Source: an uncultured Spirochaetota bacterium (GTDB lineage: Bacteria; Spirochaetota; Spirochaetia; SZUA-6; Fen-1364). Taken from it: a stretch of 64,000 nt of DNA. Positions 19,510 through 30,157 of this stretch are shown here, one piece after another. The notes under the pieces are model-generated. The model was not told the origin of the DNA, did no database searches, and saw only the letters and a list, made by a program, of their open reading frames with translations. The stretch spans positions 384,001 through 448,000 of the forward strand of contig CAVTHO010000006.1 of the NCBI GenBank assembly GCA_963734545.1, read 5' to 3'. The number at the start of each line of letters is the position of its first letter. The first letter of the stretch is position 1. The position numbers and the translations under genes are program-made.

Positions 19510-22500
19510 GATCTCCCCTCGCGGGCGGAGGCGAGCAGGAGCTTGAGCCGGTTGAGCTGATTCACCTCGCTCGCACCCGGGTCGTAGTCGATCGCCGCGA
19601 TGGTGGCTTCCGGGTGGCGCTTGCGCAGCTCCCGGATCATGCCTTTGCCCGTCACGTGGTTGGGGAGGCAGGCGAATGGCTGGATGCAGGCGATTGCGGT
19701 CACCCCTTCTTCCATCAGCTCCACCATCTCCGCGGTAAGAAACCAGCCCTCCCCGGTGACGTTACCCAGCTGCACGATGCCGTCCACCCCGCGCGCGAGC
19801 TTGTAGATCGAGTGCGGCGGATTGAAGCGCCGGGACCGGGCCAGCGCGCGCTTCTGCGGCACGCGGAGGAGCTCCAGCCCGGCGATGGCTGCCCGTGACA
19901 GAAGCGCGCCGCCCAGGCTTCCGGCCAGCTTTCGGTGCCGGAACTGGCCGCCATGCGAAGCGTAGAGAAGAAAATCCGCGAGGTCGGGCACGACGGCTTC
20001 CGCTGCCTTCGGACTCGATCATCTCCACTATCCCGTTGTTTGCCGTGGGATGGAATTTCACCAGGATCTCACCGACCACTCCGACCCGAGGTTTTCGCTC
20101 GCCGCTCAGGGGGAGCGCATCGAAATCCCGGACCATGTCCCGTATCGTGCGGCCGTAGCGTCGGAATCCGGGACGCGCAAGGGCCTCCCGACACCGCGCG
20201 GTCCACTCATGGCACAGCTTCCGGGCAGCGCCCGGCGTGGTCTCGTACGGCCGCACCCTGTAGAGCATCCTCATCAGGAGATCGCCGTAGATCACGGCCA
20301 TGAGCCCTCGGCAAAGAAGTCCCCAGGACAATCGGAAGCCGGGATTGCGCTCCAGGCCCATGGCGTTCATGGAGATCACCGGCACATGCCCCATGCCGGC
20401 ATCGGCCAGCGCCTTGCGTATGAAGGCGATGTAATTGGTGGCACGGCATCCCCCGCCTGTCTGCGACATGAGCAGCGCCGTGCGCGACAGGTCGTAGCGG
20501 CCCGAGCGGAGCGCGGCCATCATCTGTCCGACCACGAGAATCGAGGGGAAGCACGCGTCATTGTTGACGGACGTGAGGCCCTCGTTGATCGCGTCCCGAT
20601 CCACGTCCGGCAGGATTTCCAGTCGATAGCCCGACAGCCGAAAGGCCTCTTCCAGGATCCGGAAGTGTATCGGGGACATCTGGGGGGCGAGGATCGTGTA
20701 GCTCTTCCGCATTTCCCTGGTGAACACGGGCCGCGGCTTCGGCGCGGGGCTTTCCCGGGGGAACGCGCGGCTGCTTTTCCGCGCATCCAGCGCGGCCCTG
20801 AGCGAGCGCAGGCGTATGCGCACGGCGCCCAGGTTGGACTGCTCGTCCACCTTGATGACCGTGTGGATCTTCCCGCGCCTCTCGAGGATCTCCTGGACCT
20901 GGTCCGCGGTGACCGCGTCCAGCCCGCAGCCGAAGGAGTTGATCTGCACCAGGGCAAGGTCGTCCCGCTCCGCCGCGAGGCTGGCCGCGGCGTACAGCCG
21001 CGTGTGGTAGACCCACTGGTCCACGACGCGAAGCGGCCTCTCGATCCTGCCCAGGTGCGCAACGGAGTCCTCTGTCAGCACCGCCATGCCCAGGGAAACG
21101 GCAAGCTCCGCGATTCCGTGATTGATCTCAGGGTCAAGGTGGTAGGGCCGGCCCGCCAGGATGACGCCCCGGAGGCCGCGGCGGCGGATCTCGCGCAGCG
21201 TCTCCTCTCCCTTTGCGCGCACCTCCGCCTTGAACCGCGCCTGTTCGGCCCGGCCCTTGTCCACCGCAGACCCGATCTCCGCCTTCGTCACGCCGGCCCA
21301 GGCAAGCTCTTCCACGAGCCGCTTCTTCAGCCGCCCGGGGTCCTGGAGCGGGAGAAAGGGATTGGCATAACGGACCGTCCCGTGCCTGACGCCGTCGATG
21401 TTGTTGAGCACCACCTCGGGGTAGGAGGCCACGATCGGGCAGTTGAAATGATTGCGCGCCCCGGGGTCTTCCTTGGTGCCGTGCGGCACGCAGGGATAGA
21501 ACAGGAACGGAACGCCCTCCTTCAACAAGCGCATGACGTGGCCGTGCACGAGCTTCCCCGGGTAGCACACCGATTCGGAGGGTATGGTCTCGATGCCCGC
21601 CTCATAGACGGACTTGCTGGACCGGGGGGAGAGCTTCACCGAGAACCCCAGCGACGTGAAAACGGTGAACCAGAACGGGTAGTCCTCGTAGAGGTTGAGC
21701 ACCCGGGGAATTCCGACTATGCCGCGGGGCGCTTTTCCGGGGTCCAGGGAGGAATAGCGGAACACGCGGTCGTACTTCCATGCGAACAGGTTGGGCAGCG
21801 GAAGCGGCGCGGCGGCCTGGGACGGGGCCGTGCCGCGGGGTACAGACGCCGCGCCGCGCTCGCACCGGTTGCCGGACGCGTAGGCGCGCGTGTCTGAAAA
21901 GCGCGTGATCGTGACGAGGCAGTTGTTCGCGCATCTGCCGCAGCGCTCCAGGAGCGTGGCGGTCCGCAGCCCTTCCAGCTCATTCAGCTCGAGCAGCGTG
22001 CTGCATGCGCCGTGCGCGCCCCGGGCCGCCCTGTCCCGGGCAATCAGCGCGGCGCCGAACGCGCCCATGAGACCGGCGATGTCCGGGCGGACCGCCTCGC
22101 GTCCTGAAACCAGCTCGAAGGCGCGCAGCACCGCGTCGTTCGCGAACGTGCCCCCCTGGACGATCACGCGCTCTCCGAGCTGCCCGGGATCATGCAGACG
22201 AATCACCTTCTGCAGGGCGTTCCTGATCACCGAGTAGGAGAGCCCCGCGGAGATGTCCCCGATCGATGCGCCCTCCTTCTGGGCCTGCTTCACGCGAGAG
22301 TTCATGAACACCGTGCAGCGCGATCCAAGGTCCACGGGCGCCTTTGCGCCGAGCGCCTCCCGGGAGAACTCCTCGATCGTCAGCCCGAGGGAGCGGGCAA
22401 AGGTCTCCAGGAAGGAGCCGCAGCCGGAGGAGCAGGCCTCGTTGAGGAGCACGGAGGAGATTGCCCCGTCGCGCAGGCGGAGGAATTTCATGTCCTGTCC

Positions 22501-23788
22501 GCCGATGTCGAGGATGGCATCCACTCCGGGCAGAAACTGTGAAGCCGCGGTGTAATGGGCGATGGTCTCCACCTCTCCCTCGTCCAGGGCCAGGGCCTCC
22601 TTGACCAGCGCTTCTCCATAGCCGGTGGAGCAGGAGCGCGCGATCCACGCGCCTGCCGGCAGGGCGCGGCGCAGCTCCGTCACCATCCGGACCGCCACGG
22701 AGAGAGGGCTGCCGCCATTTCCCTCGTACGCGGACCACGCGATTGCGCCCGCGGAGTCCACGAGCACGGCCTTTGTCGTGGTGGACCCCGCGTCGATGCC
22801 GAGAAAGCAGGGCCCCCGCGCGCGGGAAAGCTCGATCCTGCGGGCGCGCGCCCGGCCGTGTCTTTCCCGGAAGTCGGCAATCTCCGCGCTGCCGAGGAAG
22901 AGGGCGCGCAGCCGGCCGACGTCACGCGTCTCCGCGCGGCACAGGCTCTGCGCCCTGTCCCGCAGTTCCCGCAGGGACAGGGCCGCGTGACCGTGCGAGG
23001 CGATGGCCGCTCCCATTGCGACGAAGAGCTGCGCCTGCTCAGGCACGCGCACCTCGCTCGGCTTCAGGCCGAGGGTGGCCATGAACAGCCTCCGCGTTTC
23101 CGGCAGGAAGTGAAGCGGGCCGCCGAGGAAGGCAACCGTGCCCCGGATGGGCTTGCCGCAGGCCAGGCCGGAAATGGTCTGGTTGACGACCGCCTGCAGG
23201 ATGCTTGCCGCGATATCCTCCCGCCGCGCCCCCTCGTTGATGAGAGGCTGCACGTCGGTCTTTGCGAACACTCCGCAGCGCGCCGCGATCGGGTAGATCG
23301 TTTCGTGGCCGCGCGCGAGCTCGTTCAGGCCTGCCGCGTCGGTGGAAAGGAGGGTCGCCATCTGGTCGATGAAGGCTCCCGTGCCTCCCGCGCAGGTCCC
23401 GTTCATGCGCTGCTCCAGGCCGCCGGCAAAATACGTGATCTTTGCGTCCTCCCCGCCGAGCTCTATGGCAACATCCGTGTCGGGGAGAAACCGGCGCACG
23501 GCCCGGGAGCCCGCGATGACCTCCTGAACGAACGGCAGCTCCAGCCACTGCGAAACGGAAAGCCCGCCTGAGCCTGTTACCGCCACTCTCACGTCGAGGT
23601 CCTGGCCGGGGGCGGCAAGAGCATCATGCGCCGCCTCGATCACCGCAAAGAGCGTGCCCCGGATATCGGCCTTGTGGCGCTCGTAGCTGCCATAGAGGAG
23701 CCGGTCGATCCGCGTCCAGGATCGCGAGCTTCACGGTGGTCGAGCCGACATCGATGCCGGCGCGCAGCGCCCCGGCGGAGCGTGTCAC
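19506..23788 (-). CDS. Acyl-CoA dehydratase activase fusion (2x BadF/BcrAD ATPase + DUF2229 + dehydratase-like region, ~1420 aa); frameshifts near 23708 and 20004
   Basis: GIDVGSTTVK in an upstream frame (GTG 23788 overlaps the ArsR stop). Then ELGGED, MNGTCAGGTG, RCGVFAK, GIDAGSTT, DIGGQD, NEACSSGCGS, CYPGK, SFGCGLD, QTGGGCRATNY, and C-terminal GEGWFL/QPFACLPNHV in the third frame. Confidence 0.9.
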
Positions 23789-24393
23789 GATTCGACAGCC
23801 TCCCGACGCCAGTAATCCCTGCCCCCGCCTTCCCGGTTCATGAGCCGGAGCTCCACGAGGCAGCGGCGCAGCGTGGCAGTGTCGTCGCTGTAGCGCGAAA
23901 GTATCTCATTCACTTTTTTCTCGCTGTAACGGATACCGGGTTTGAAGTCCCGCAGCACGTGCCGCAGGAGCACGAGGAGTTTCTTCTCCTGCGAGGGAAA
24001 CGCGGTAAACCTGCCGTCAGGCCCGGTAAAAGCGGCCAGGACCTTCCTGTCGAAGGTGCTCCGGTCGATGCCCTCCGCGAGCTCAGGCAGCCGCTCCGTC
24101 TTCAGCAGACGGCGGGCCATGTCGGAAAGCGCGTCCGGCTTCAGCGAATACACGCTGTAGTGACCTTCTGCCCGGGCGCTGACCAGGCCCGCGTCGGCGA
24201 GCCGGGACAGGTGGTGGGAGACCGTGGACTCCCCGAGACTGAGGAGCGCGGAAAGCTGTTCCACCGGGTAGGCCTGCTGGGCAAGAAGGCCGACGATCTT
24301 CAGCCTGCTCGGATCGGCGAGCGCGCGGAAGAAGCCGAGAAGCTCCCCGGCGCTTCCTTCCTGCGCAAGCAGGGGAGATGATTCTATGTGCAT
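23785..24393 (-). CDS. ArsR/SmtB wHTH + DUF2087 transcriptional regulator
   Basis: FRALADPSRLKIV..STVSHHLSRLADAGLV (ArsR) and FPSQEKK..YSEKKVN..DDTATLRRCLVE (DUF2087). Confidence 0.9.
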   Translation of the reverse strand: MHIESSPLLAQEGSAGELLGFFRALADPSRLKIVGLLAQQAYPVEQLSALLSLGESTVSHHLSRLADAGLVSARAEGHYSVYSLKPDALSDMARRLLKTERLPELAEGIDRSTFDRKVLAAFTGPDGRFTAFPSQEKKLLVLLRHVLRDFKPGIRYSEKKVNEILSRYSDDTATLRRCLVELRLMNREGGGRDYWRREAVES

Positions 24394-24419
24394 AGAATTG
24401 ATTCTACATGCATCGAAAT
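24381..24419. promoter_or_regulatory. Tandem palindromic operator overlapping the ArsR-DUF2087 start and -10 box
   Basis: ATTCTATG-TG-CATAGAAT (24381-24398, perfect 8-bp arms) plus a degenerate copy ATTCTACATGCATCGAAAT exactly 20 nt downstream. Confidence 0.65.
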
Positions 24420-24457
24420 GGTTGTCAAGCACGCTCAATCAGGCTAATGTGCCTTCC

Positions 24458-25456
24458 GTGAATTGCCTCGTCATGGGCGGAGCCGGCATGCTGGGCTACG
24501 AGATCGTGCGCCAGCTCTGCGCCGCGGGCAGGCACGTGCGCGTCCTGGACCTGGCGCCAATCCCCGAGCCTCGCTGCGAGGGCTTCCTGGAGACGCGCAT
24601 CGGGGACATCCGCAGCCTCCGCGACGTCGAGGAAGCATGCGCCGGGATGGATGTCGTGTTCCAGACTGCTGCCGCGGTCTGGGACGTGCGGACACCGCCG
24701 CGTTTGTACGAGGAGGTCAATGTCGGGGGCAATCGCCTGGTCATCGAGACCTGCCGGCGGCTGGGCGTGCCCCGGCTCATCTACACGAGCTCGATGGACG
24801 TCGTGGTCGACGGGAGGAAACCGATCGTCGATGGGGACGAGTCACTGCCGTACCCCGCGCGCATGCCACGTGACCCCTACAGCCGGACCAAGATTCTTGC
24901 TGAGCGGATGGTGCTCGAGGCGAACAGCCCGGGCCTTGCCACGTGCGCCCTGCGACCCGTGGGCATGTACGGCCCCCGGGACAAGTACCACCTGGGCAAC
25001 ATCATCGGCATGGCGAGGAAGGGAGTCTCGCTCAGGCTCGGCGATGGATCGGCGCGGTTCAGCCACGCATACTCGGAAAACGTGGCGCACGCGCACCTGC
25101 TTGCCGCGGCGAGCCTGCGACCGGGGTCGGTATCGGCGGGGCAGAGCTACTTCATCTGCGACCATTTTCCCGCGGACAACCTCTTCGATTTCATGGAGCC
25201 CTTCCTGCGCGAGCTGGGCCTGCCGGTACCCCGGCGCGCCATCCCGTATCGGCTGGCATATGCGCTTGCCGCGGTGGCCGAGATCGTGGCGCCGCGCTCC
25301 CGCTTCAACAGGTTTGCCGTGATCCAGACCTGCATCGACCACACGTTCGTGCACGCAAAAGCAGAGCGGGACCTGGGCTATCGGCCCATCGTGTCCCGCG
25401 AGGAGGCTTTCAGGCGCAGCCTTGCGTGGCTGAGGGACGGGGGAAGCGCGCCGTAG
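24458..25456 (+). CDS. 3-beta-HSD-like extended SDR (NAD-dependent epimerase/dehydratase family)
   Basis: GGAGMLG, NVGG, YTSS, YSRTK (YxxxK), LRPVGMYGPRD, NVAHAH. Confidence 0.85.
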   Translation: MNCLVMGGAGMLGYEIVRQLCAAGRHVRVLDLAPIPEPRCEGFLETRIGDIRSLRDVEEACAGMDVVFQTAAAVWDVRTPPRLYEEVNVGGNRLVIETCRRLGVPRLIYTSSMDVVVDGRKPIVDGDESLPYPARMPRDPYSRTKILAERMVLEANSPGLATCALRPVGMYGPRDKYHLGNIIGMARKGVSLRLGDGSARFSHAYSENVAHAHLLAAASLRPGSVSAGQSYFICDHFPADNLFDFMEPFLRELGLPVPRRAIPYRLAYALAAVAEIVAPRSRFNRFAVIQTCIDHTFVHAKAERDLGYRPIVSREEAFRRSLAWLRDGGSAP

Positions 25457-26372
25457 CCCTCCGCAGAAGATAAACCTTGTCGATTTCCGGCAGCACGCAT
25501 TTCACGTCCAAACCGGCGATTCTTCGAACGGCATCTTCGCGGTCAACCGTGTTGAAGGCGAACATTCCGAAGTGATGGCACATGAGGAGCGGTATCCCCG
25601 CGCCCCGGCAAAGCCCCGCTGCTTCCTCCAGCGTGAAATTGCCGGCAATACCGCGCTCGCTCAAGAACGCGCTGCGCCCGTTGATCGGCAGAAGGGCCAG
25701 GTCGATGGCGCGCTTTCGAAGCGCCTCCTCCAGCCCGTCGTAGGGAATGCAGTCTCCCGAGTGATACAGGCGCACTCCGCCCAGGGTCAGGATGTAGCCG
25801 AGGTGAAGATGGTCTCCGCTCTCATTCACTGCCAGCGTTTCATGCGCGGAGGCAAGCGCTTCCACTTCAGCGCCGCCGGGAAGAGGCAGCGATTGCCCCG
25901 CGGCGAGTCCCTCCAGCCTCTCCTTCCGGATGCCCAGGCTCATCGCGTGCTTCAGCTCGGCACGCGGCACTATCATGCGGCAGTCCGGGCAGGCGGCCGC
26001 AATCGGGGGAAGCGTACCCGGGTCCATGTGATCTCCGTGCCGGTGGGTACAGAAAACCGCGTCAACGCCTCGAAGCTCTTCCGGCAGGATCGGCGGGGAC
26101 ATCATGCGCGTATGCGGAAACTCTTTTCCCTCGTACTTTTTTGCCAGCGAGTCGGAGAGGTAGGGATCGATGATGAAGAGCCGTTGGTTCCACCTCAGGG
26201 CGAACCCTGCCTGGCCCAGCCAGTGCAGCGCCACGGTCGAAGGCTCAGCCAGCGGACGCGCCAGCGCCTGCGCCAGCGGCTCTCCGAGCGGGAGGACTTC
26301 CACGAATCCGCCGGGTACGGGAATACCCGTTCGGGGAATACCCCGTACGTCGGCGCCCACGCCCCGTCTCAC
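25410..26372 (-). CDS. MBL-fold metallohydrolase (UlaG-like)
   Basis: WLGQAGF, IDPYLS, THRHGDH, YHSGD, LPING, HFGMF. The start is uncertain (GTG 26372, 26360 or further in). Confidence 0.8.
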   Translation of the reverse strand: MRRGVGADVRGIPRTGIPVPGGFVEVLPLGEPLAQALARPLAEPSTVALHWLGQAGFALRWNQRLFIIDPYLSDSLAKKYEGKEFPHTRMMSPPILPEELRGVDAVFCTHRHGDHMDPGTLPPIAAACPDCRMIVPRAELKHAMSLGIRKERLEGLAAGQSLPLPGGAEVEALASAHETLAVNESGDHLHLGYILTLGGVRLYHSGDCIPYDGLEEALRKRAIDLALLPINGRSAFLSERGIAGNFTLEEAAGLCRGAGIPLLMCHHFGMFAFNTVDREDAVRRIAGLDVKCVLPEIDKVYLLRRATARFPRPSATQGCA

Positions 26373-26779
26373 TCTCCCCGCCAGCGTCCGCGAAGGAGGA
26401 CAGGGCTCATGTCGAGATCGTTGACAACGTACCACGTGCGGCCCAGCGTGACCTCGGGATGGATCTCGTCGTGCTCGGGGGCGATAAAGACGTCGTCGTA
26501 CCGGGGAGGACGCTTCAACGTCAGCACGTGATGGTAGGTCTTTCCGTCCTTTCTGAACCACTCCTCCCAGATCAGCTCCTCCAGCAGGGACTTTCTCGGC
26601 ACCGCATGGACAATGCGGCCGAGCGGGGGGGCATCGCGCACGATCCACTCATGGTGATCATACACGCGGGCATTGCCGCGCGTGAAACGCTTCTCGAACA
26701 GCTCGGAGAAATCGAGCTGCAGGAGAGGGAAGGCCTGCGCCACTCCCCGCGCCTTCAGCGTGTCGATGAGATTCGCCAT
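26369..26779 (-). CDS. Hypothetical protein (136 aa)
   Basis: Non-shadow, aromatic-rich composition. TATACT lies 6 nt upstream of the ATG, and the stop overlaps the next start. No family recognised. Confidence 0.65.
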   Translation of the reverse strand: MANLIDTLKARGVAQAFPLLQLDFSELFEKRFTRGNARVYDHHEWIVRDAPPLGRIVHAVPRKSLLEELIWEEWFRKDGKTYHHVLTLKRPPRYDDVFIAPEHDEIHPEVTLGRTWYVVNDLDMSPVLLRGRWRGE

Positions 26780-26877
26780 GAGGCCAGTATAGCGCGGCCG
26801 TCTCGGCGACGTAAGCCGCCGCACAAGCGCCGCCGCGGACTACCGCGGCGCAGACTCGTCCTGTATACTGGACGCCT

Positions 26878-28083
26878 ATGACGCACACCAGCGAGAAGGT
26901 CCTCGATTCCGCCCGGAAGCTCCGCGACCACGCAGCGGAAACCCTTTCCACCATCGTCAGGATTCCCTCTTTCAGCGGGAAGGAGGAATCCGTGTGCCGG
27001 AAGATCGCCGCCCTGTGCACCGAGGCGGGCTTCGACGAGGTGAAATTCGACGGCCTGGGGAGCGTGATTGCGCGCGTGGGCCGGGGCCCCCGCAAGCTGG
27101 CCATCGACGCGCACGTGGACACGGTAGGAGTGGGGGACCCGGCGGGCTGGGAGACCGACCCGTTCTCCGGCCTGATCGGGGACGGCCTGGTGCGGGGCCG
27201 GGGAACCGCCGACCAGAAGGGCGGCGCCGCCGCCATGATAACGGCCGGCGCGATACTGAAGCAGCTGCACTACGACGGCGAGTTCAGCGTGTACTTCACC
27301 TTCACCGTGCTGGAGGAGGACTGCGACGGTCTCTGCTGGATGTACCTTATCGAGAAAGAGGGCCTGGTTCCCGAGTTCGCGGTGTCCACCGAGCCCACGA
27401 GCTGCCGGCTGTATCGAGGCCACAGGGGCAGAATGGAGATCGAAGCCACCGTGCGCGGCGTCTCGGCGCACGGCAGCGCCCCCGAGCGCGGGGTGAGCGC
27501 GGCGTACAAGGCGGCCCGCGCGGCGCTGGCCGTGGAGAAAATGAACACCCGGCTTGCCAGCGATGATTTCCTCGGCAAGGGCACGGTCGTCGTGTCGAGA
27601 ATCACCGTGCAGGGCCCCAGCCAATGCGCCGTCCCCGACCAGGGCTCACTCTATCTGGACCGACGGCTGACGTGGGGCGAGACTGCGGAAAGCGCGCTCG
27701 AACAGGTACGCCAGGCCATGGGAAAAGACGCGGAGAAGGTGACAATGCCGCAGTATGAGGGCAAGGGGTGGAATGGAGCCCGGTACACGCAGGACCTGTA
27801 CTTTCCCACATGGAAGATTCCGGAGGACCACCCCCTCTTCAAAGGCGGCAAGGAGGCCTGCCAGGCGCTTTTCGGCCGGCTTCCCGAAACCGGGAAATGG
27901 ACATTCAGCACGAACTGCGTGGCCATCTGCGGCGCGCATGGCATCCCGTGCATCGGCTTCGGTCCCGGCGACGAGGACAAGGCGCACGCGCCCAATGAGC
28001 ACACGAGGATCGAGGACCTCGTGACCTGCAGTGCTTTTTACGCGATGCTTCCTCTGGCGCTGGAGAAAAAAGAGAAGGCCTGA
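26878..28083 (+). CDS. ygeY: YgeY-family M20 hydrolase (anaerobic purine catabolism)
   Basis: DAHVDTVG, GRGTADQKGG, EEDCDGLCW, STEPT..YRGHRGRMEI, AHGSAPERG, FLGKG, DRRLTWGET, KWTFSTN, GFGPG..AHAPNE. Confidence 0.9.
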   Translation: MTHTSEKVLDSARKLRDHAAETLSTIVRIPSFSGKEESVCRKIAALCTEAGFDEVKFDGLGSVIARVGRGPRKLAIDAHVDTVGVGDPAGWETDPFSGLIGDGLVRGRGTADQKGGAAAMITAGAILKQLHYDGEFSVYFTFTVLEEDCDGLCWMYLIEKEGLVPEFAVSTEPTSCRLYRGHRGRMEIEATVRGVSAHGSAPERGVSAAYKAARAALAVEKMNTRLASDDFLGKGTVVVSRITVQGPSQCAVPDQGSLYLDRRLTWGETAESALEQVRQAMGKDAEKVTMPQYEGKGWNGARYTQDLYFPTWKIPEDHPLFKGGKEACQALFGRLPETGKWTFSTNCVAICGAHGIPCIGFGPGDEDKAHAPNEHTRIEDLVTCSAFYAMLPLALEKKEKA

Positions 28084-28113
28084 AAGCTCTGCGCCTGCGC
28101 GCCCCGGGACCGT

Positions 28114-29235
28114 CTATCGGGCGGCCTGGCGCGCCACGTCCTCCCAGACTGCCCGGGGAAGCGGGTGCAGCCCGGGCTTCTGCGCGCGCGCCTCATCCGA
28201 GAACACATACCGCAGACCTGCCAGCATGGCCGCCATGGTGATGTCGAACGAGTTCAATGTGTCACCCTGCCCGGCCGTGAGGTTGGCCATGGAGCCGCCG
28301 GCGAAAAGGTACACGGTCTTCCCTCCCCGCTGCGCTTCCTCCACAAAGGGAATCACTTCCCGCAGGCTGCCCAGGGCAGCCGTCTCGATCTCATCCGCCG
28401 TATGCCCCACGTTCATGAGAATGCAGCCGTCCGCGAGCCGTTCGAAATGCCGCGCGTTCAGCACGTGACGGGCGCCCGTGGCGGTGACGATCACGTCCGC
28501 TCCCGGCACCAGCTCCTCCAGCGGCCCGGTGGGAAAACCGTCATAGCGCGCGCTCAGGGCCCGGGCAGGATCCCTTTCCGTGACCCTCACCGTGCCGCCC
28601 AACCCGCGTGCGGTGAGCGCCACTCCCTGGCCGACCGGCCCGTACCCGACGACGAGGACGTTTTTCCTGTGCAGGCTGAGCTGGGTGCACTGGGTGAATG
28701 CCTGCCAGGCGCTTTGACCCACGAGGTACCTGTTGTGGAGCCCTTCCTTGATGGGCACATCGTCGCAGTTGAAGATCGGATAGCGCGGCACCTGCCCGGC
28801 CGCGGCCAGCCCGGCCAGCCGGGAAATCCCCGAGCCGGTGGATTCCATCCCCGCAGCTACCTGGACGTCGGCCCTGCCGGTCATCGCGGCCGCGGACAGG
28901 CTCGCGCCCATCTCGAACAGGTGGGTCGGCGCCCAGGCCAGGGCTCTCCGCTCTGCCTCTGCCATGTCCGTCCCGGACATGCCCCTCCACGCGGGGCACA
29001 CGGCGCCCCTGGCGCCGAGCCATTCGACCACCTCGTCCCGGACCGTGGAGGGATTGCAGGTGGTGAGGAAGACGGCCGCGCCGTGCTGGAGAATGGCCTC
29101 CAGCGCGGAGACCACTTTCGGCTCCAGGTGGATGGAGCAGGCCAGCCGCACGCCGTCCAGCCGGGGCAGAGCGTCGCACTGCGCGCGGGTGAGGGGCATG
29201 TGCCGGCGGATCCAGGAAAGATTCTGATCGGTCAT
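28114..29235 (-). CDS. Divergent adenosylhomocysteinase (AhcY-like) NAD-dependent hydrolase
   Basis: MP..HLEPK, CNPSTVRD, ESTGSG, K...HNRY.VG, GYGPVGQG, VTATG, NVGH, ANL..GQG. It is shorter than canonical AhcY. Confidence 0.8.
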   Translation of the reverse strand: MTDQNLSWIRRHMPLTRAQCDALPRLDGVRLACSIHLEPKVVSALEAILQHGAAVFLTTCNPSTVRDEVVEWLGARGAVCPAWRGMSGTDMAEAERRALAWAPTHLFEMGASLSAAAMTGRADVQVAAGMESTGSGISRLAGLAAAGQVPRYPIFNCDDVPIKEGLHNRYLVGQSAWQAFTQCTQLSLHRKNVLVVGYGPVGQGVALTARGLGGTVRVTERDPARALSARYDGFPTGPLEELVPGADVIVTATGARHVLNARHFERLADGCILMNVGHTADEIETAALGSLREVIPFVEEAQRGGKTVYLFAGGSMANLTAGQGDTLNSFDITMAAMLAGLRYVFSDEARAQKPGLHPLPRAVWEDVARQAAR

Positions 29236-29341
29236 GGTGCCGGGGATTCCGCGCCGACGTACCCGGCGGATTTTGTATCGATCATATGTAAGTCTTGTGA
29301 TAGTACTTTGATTTCAGGACGTCAATGAGGAGGAAAAGCGC

Positions 29342-30157
29342 ATGGAAGGCAGGAATGAGTTCCTTCGAAAGTACGGCCCCTGGGCCCTGGTGGCAGGCGG
29401 CTCCGAGGGTCTGGGAGCGGCTTTTTCGGAGGAGCTTGCCGGACGGGGCCTGAACCTCTTCATCCTGTCGCGGCGGCCCGGACCGTTGGAGGAAACCGCG
29501 GCCCGGCTGCGCGCGGCGCACGGCGTGCAGGTCCGCACGCTGAGTCTCGACATGGCGGATCCGGGGACGCTCGCCGCCGTGGAACGGGAAACGGCCGGGT
29601 ACGAGATCGGCCTTCTTGTCTGCAATGCGGCCATCGCCTACACGGGCCCGTTCCTCCGGCCGGAGTTCGACGAGTACCAGCGCATCCTGGACGTCAATTG
29701 CCGGTGCACCCTCGGGCTGATCCACGCGCAGGGAAGGATCATGGCGGCGCGCCACAGGGGCGGGATCGTCGTGATGTCCAGCCTGGCCGCGTTCCAGGGC
29801 TCGCCCATGGTGGCAGTCTACGGCGCGACAAAAGCATTCCTGGTCACATTGGCCGAAGCTCTTTCCGATGAGCTCAAGCCCGACGGCGTGGACGTGTGCG
29901 CGTGCTGTCCGGCGGTCGTGCTCACCCCCAATTTCCTTACCGACGGCCATGCGGCGGACGGACCCACGCCCCTGTCCCTCGAACCGGCGTACGTGGCCCG
30001 GGCAACGATCAGGGAGCTGGGCAGGAAGACCATCGTCATACCCAGCGCCATCAGCAAGCTGGCGCATTTCATGATGGGAAGACTCATGCCCCGCCGGACA
30101 ACCGTGCGGTTGCTGGGGCGCAGCACACGGGCCATGTATCGGGAGAAGGCAAAATGA
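29342..30157 (+). CDS. Classical short-chain dehydrogenase/reductase (17beta-HSD/DltE-like)
   Basis: YGPWALVAGGSEGLG, CNAA, MSSLA, YGATK. RBS GAGGAGG. Confidence 0.88.
   Translation: MEGRNEFLRKYGPWALVAGGSEGLGAAFSEELAGRGLNLFILSRRPGPLEETAARLRAAHGVQVRTLSLDMADPGTLAAVERETAGYEIGLLVCNAAIAYTGPFLRPEFDEYQRILDVNCRCTLGLIHAQGRIMAARHRGGIVVMSSLAAFQGSPMVAVYGATKAFLVTLAEALSDELKPDGVDVCACCPAVVLTPNFLTDGHAADGPTPLSLEPAYVARATIRELGRKTIVIPSAISKLAHFMMGRLMPRRTTVRLLGRSTRAMYREKAK

Noticed and set aside
25410-25456. 47-nt convergent overlap between the SDR and MBL genes as a regulatory feature
   Set aside because: The MBL tail is low-information and may simply run on or result from an indel.
29236-29341. Possible SAH riboswitch upstream of the AhcY-like gene (GCCGGG...CCCGGC stem next to the ATG)
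   Set aside because: I could not find the conserved SAH-riboswitch core by eye, and a 6-bp GC stem is expected by chance. An Infernal/Rfam scan would be needed.
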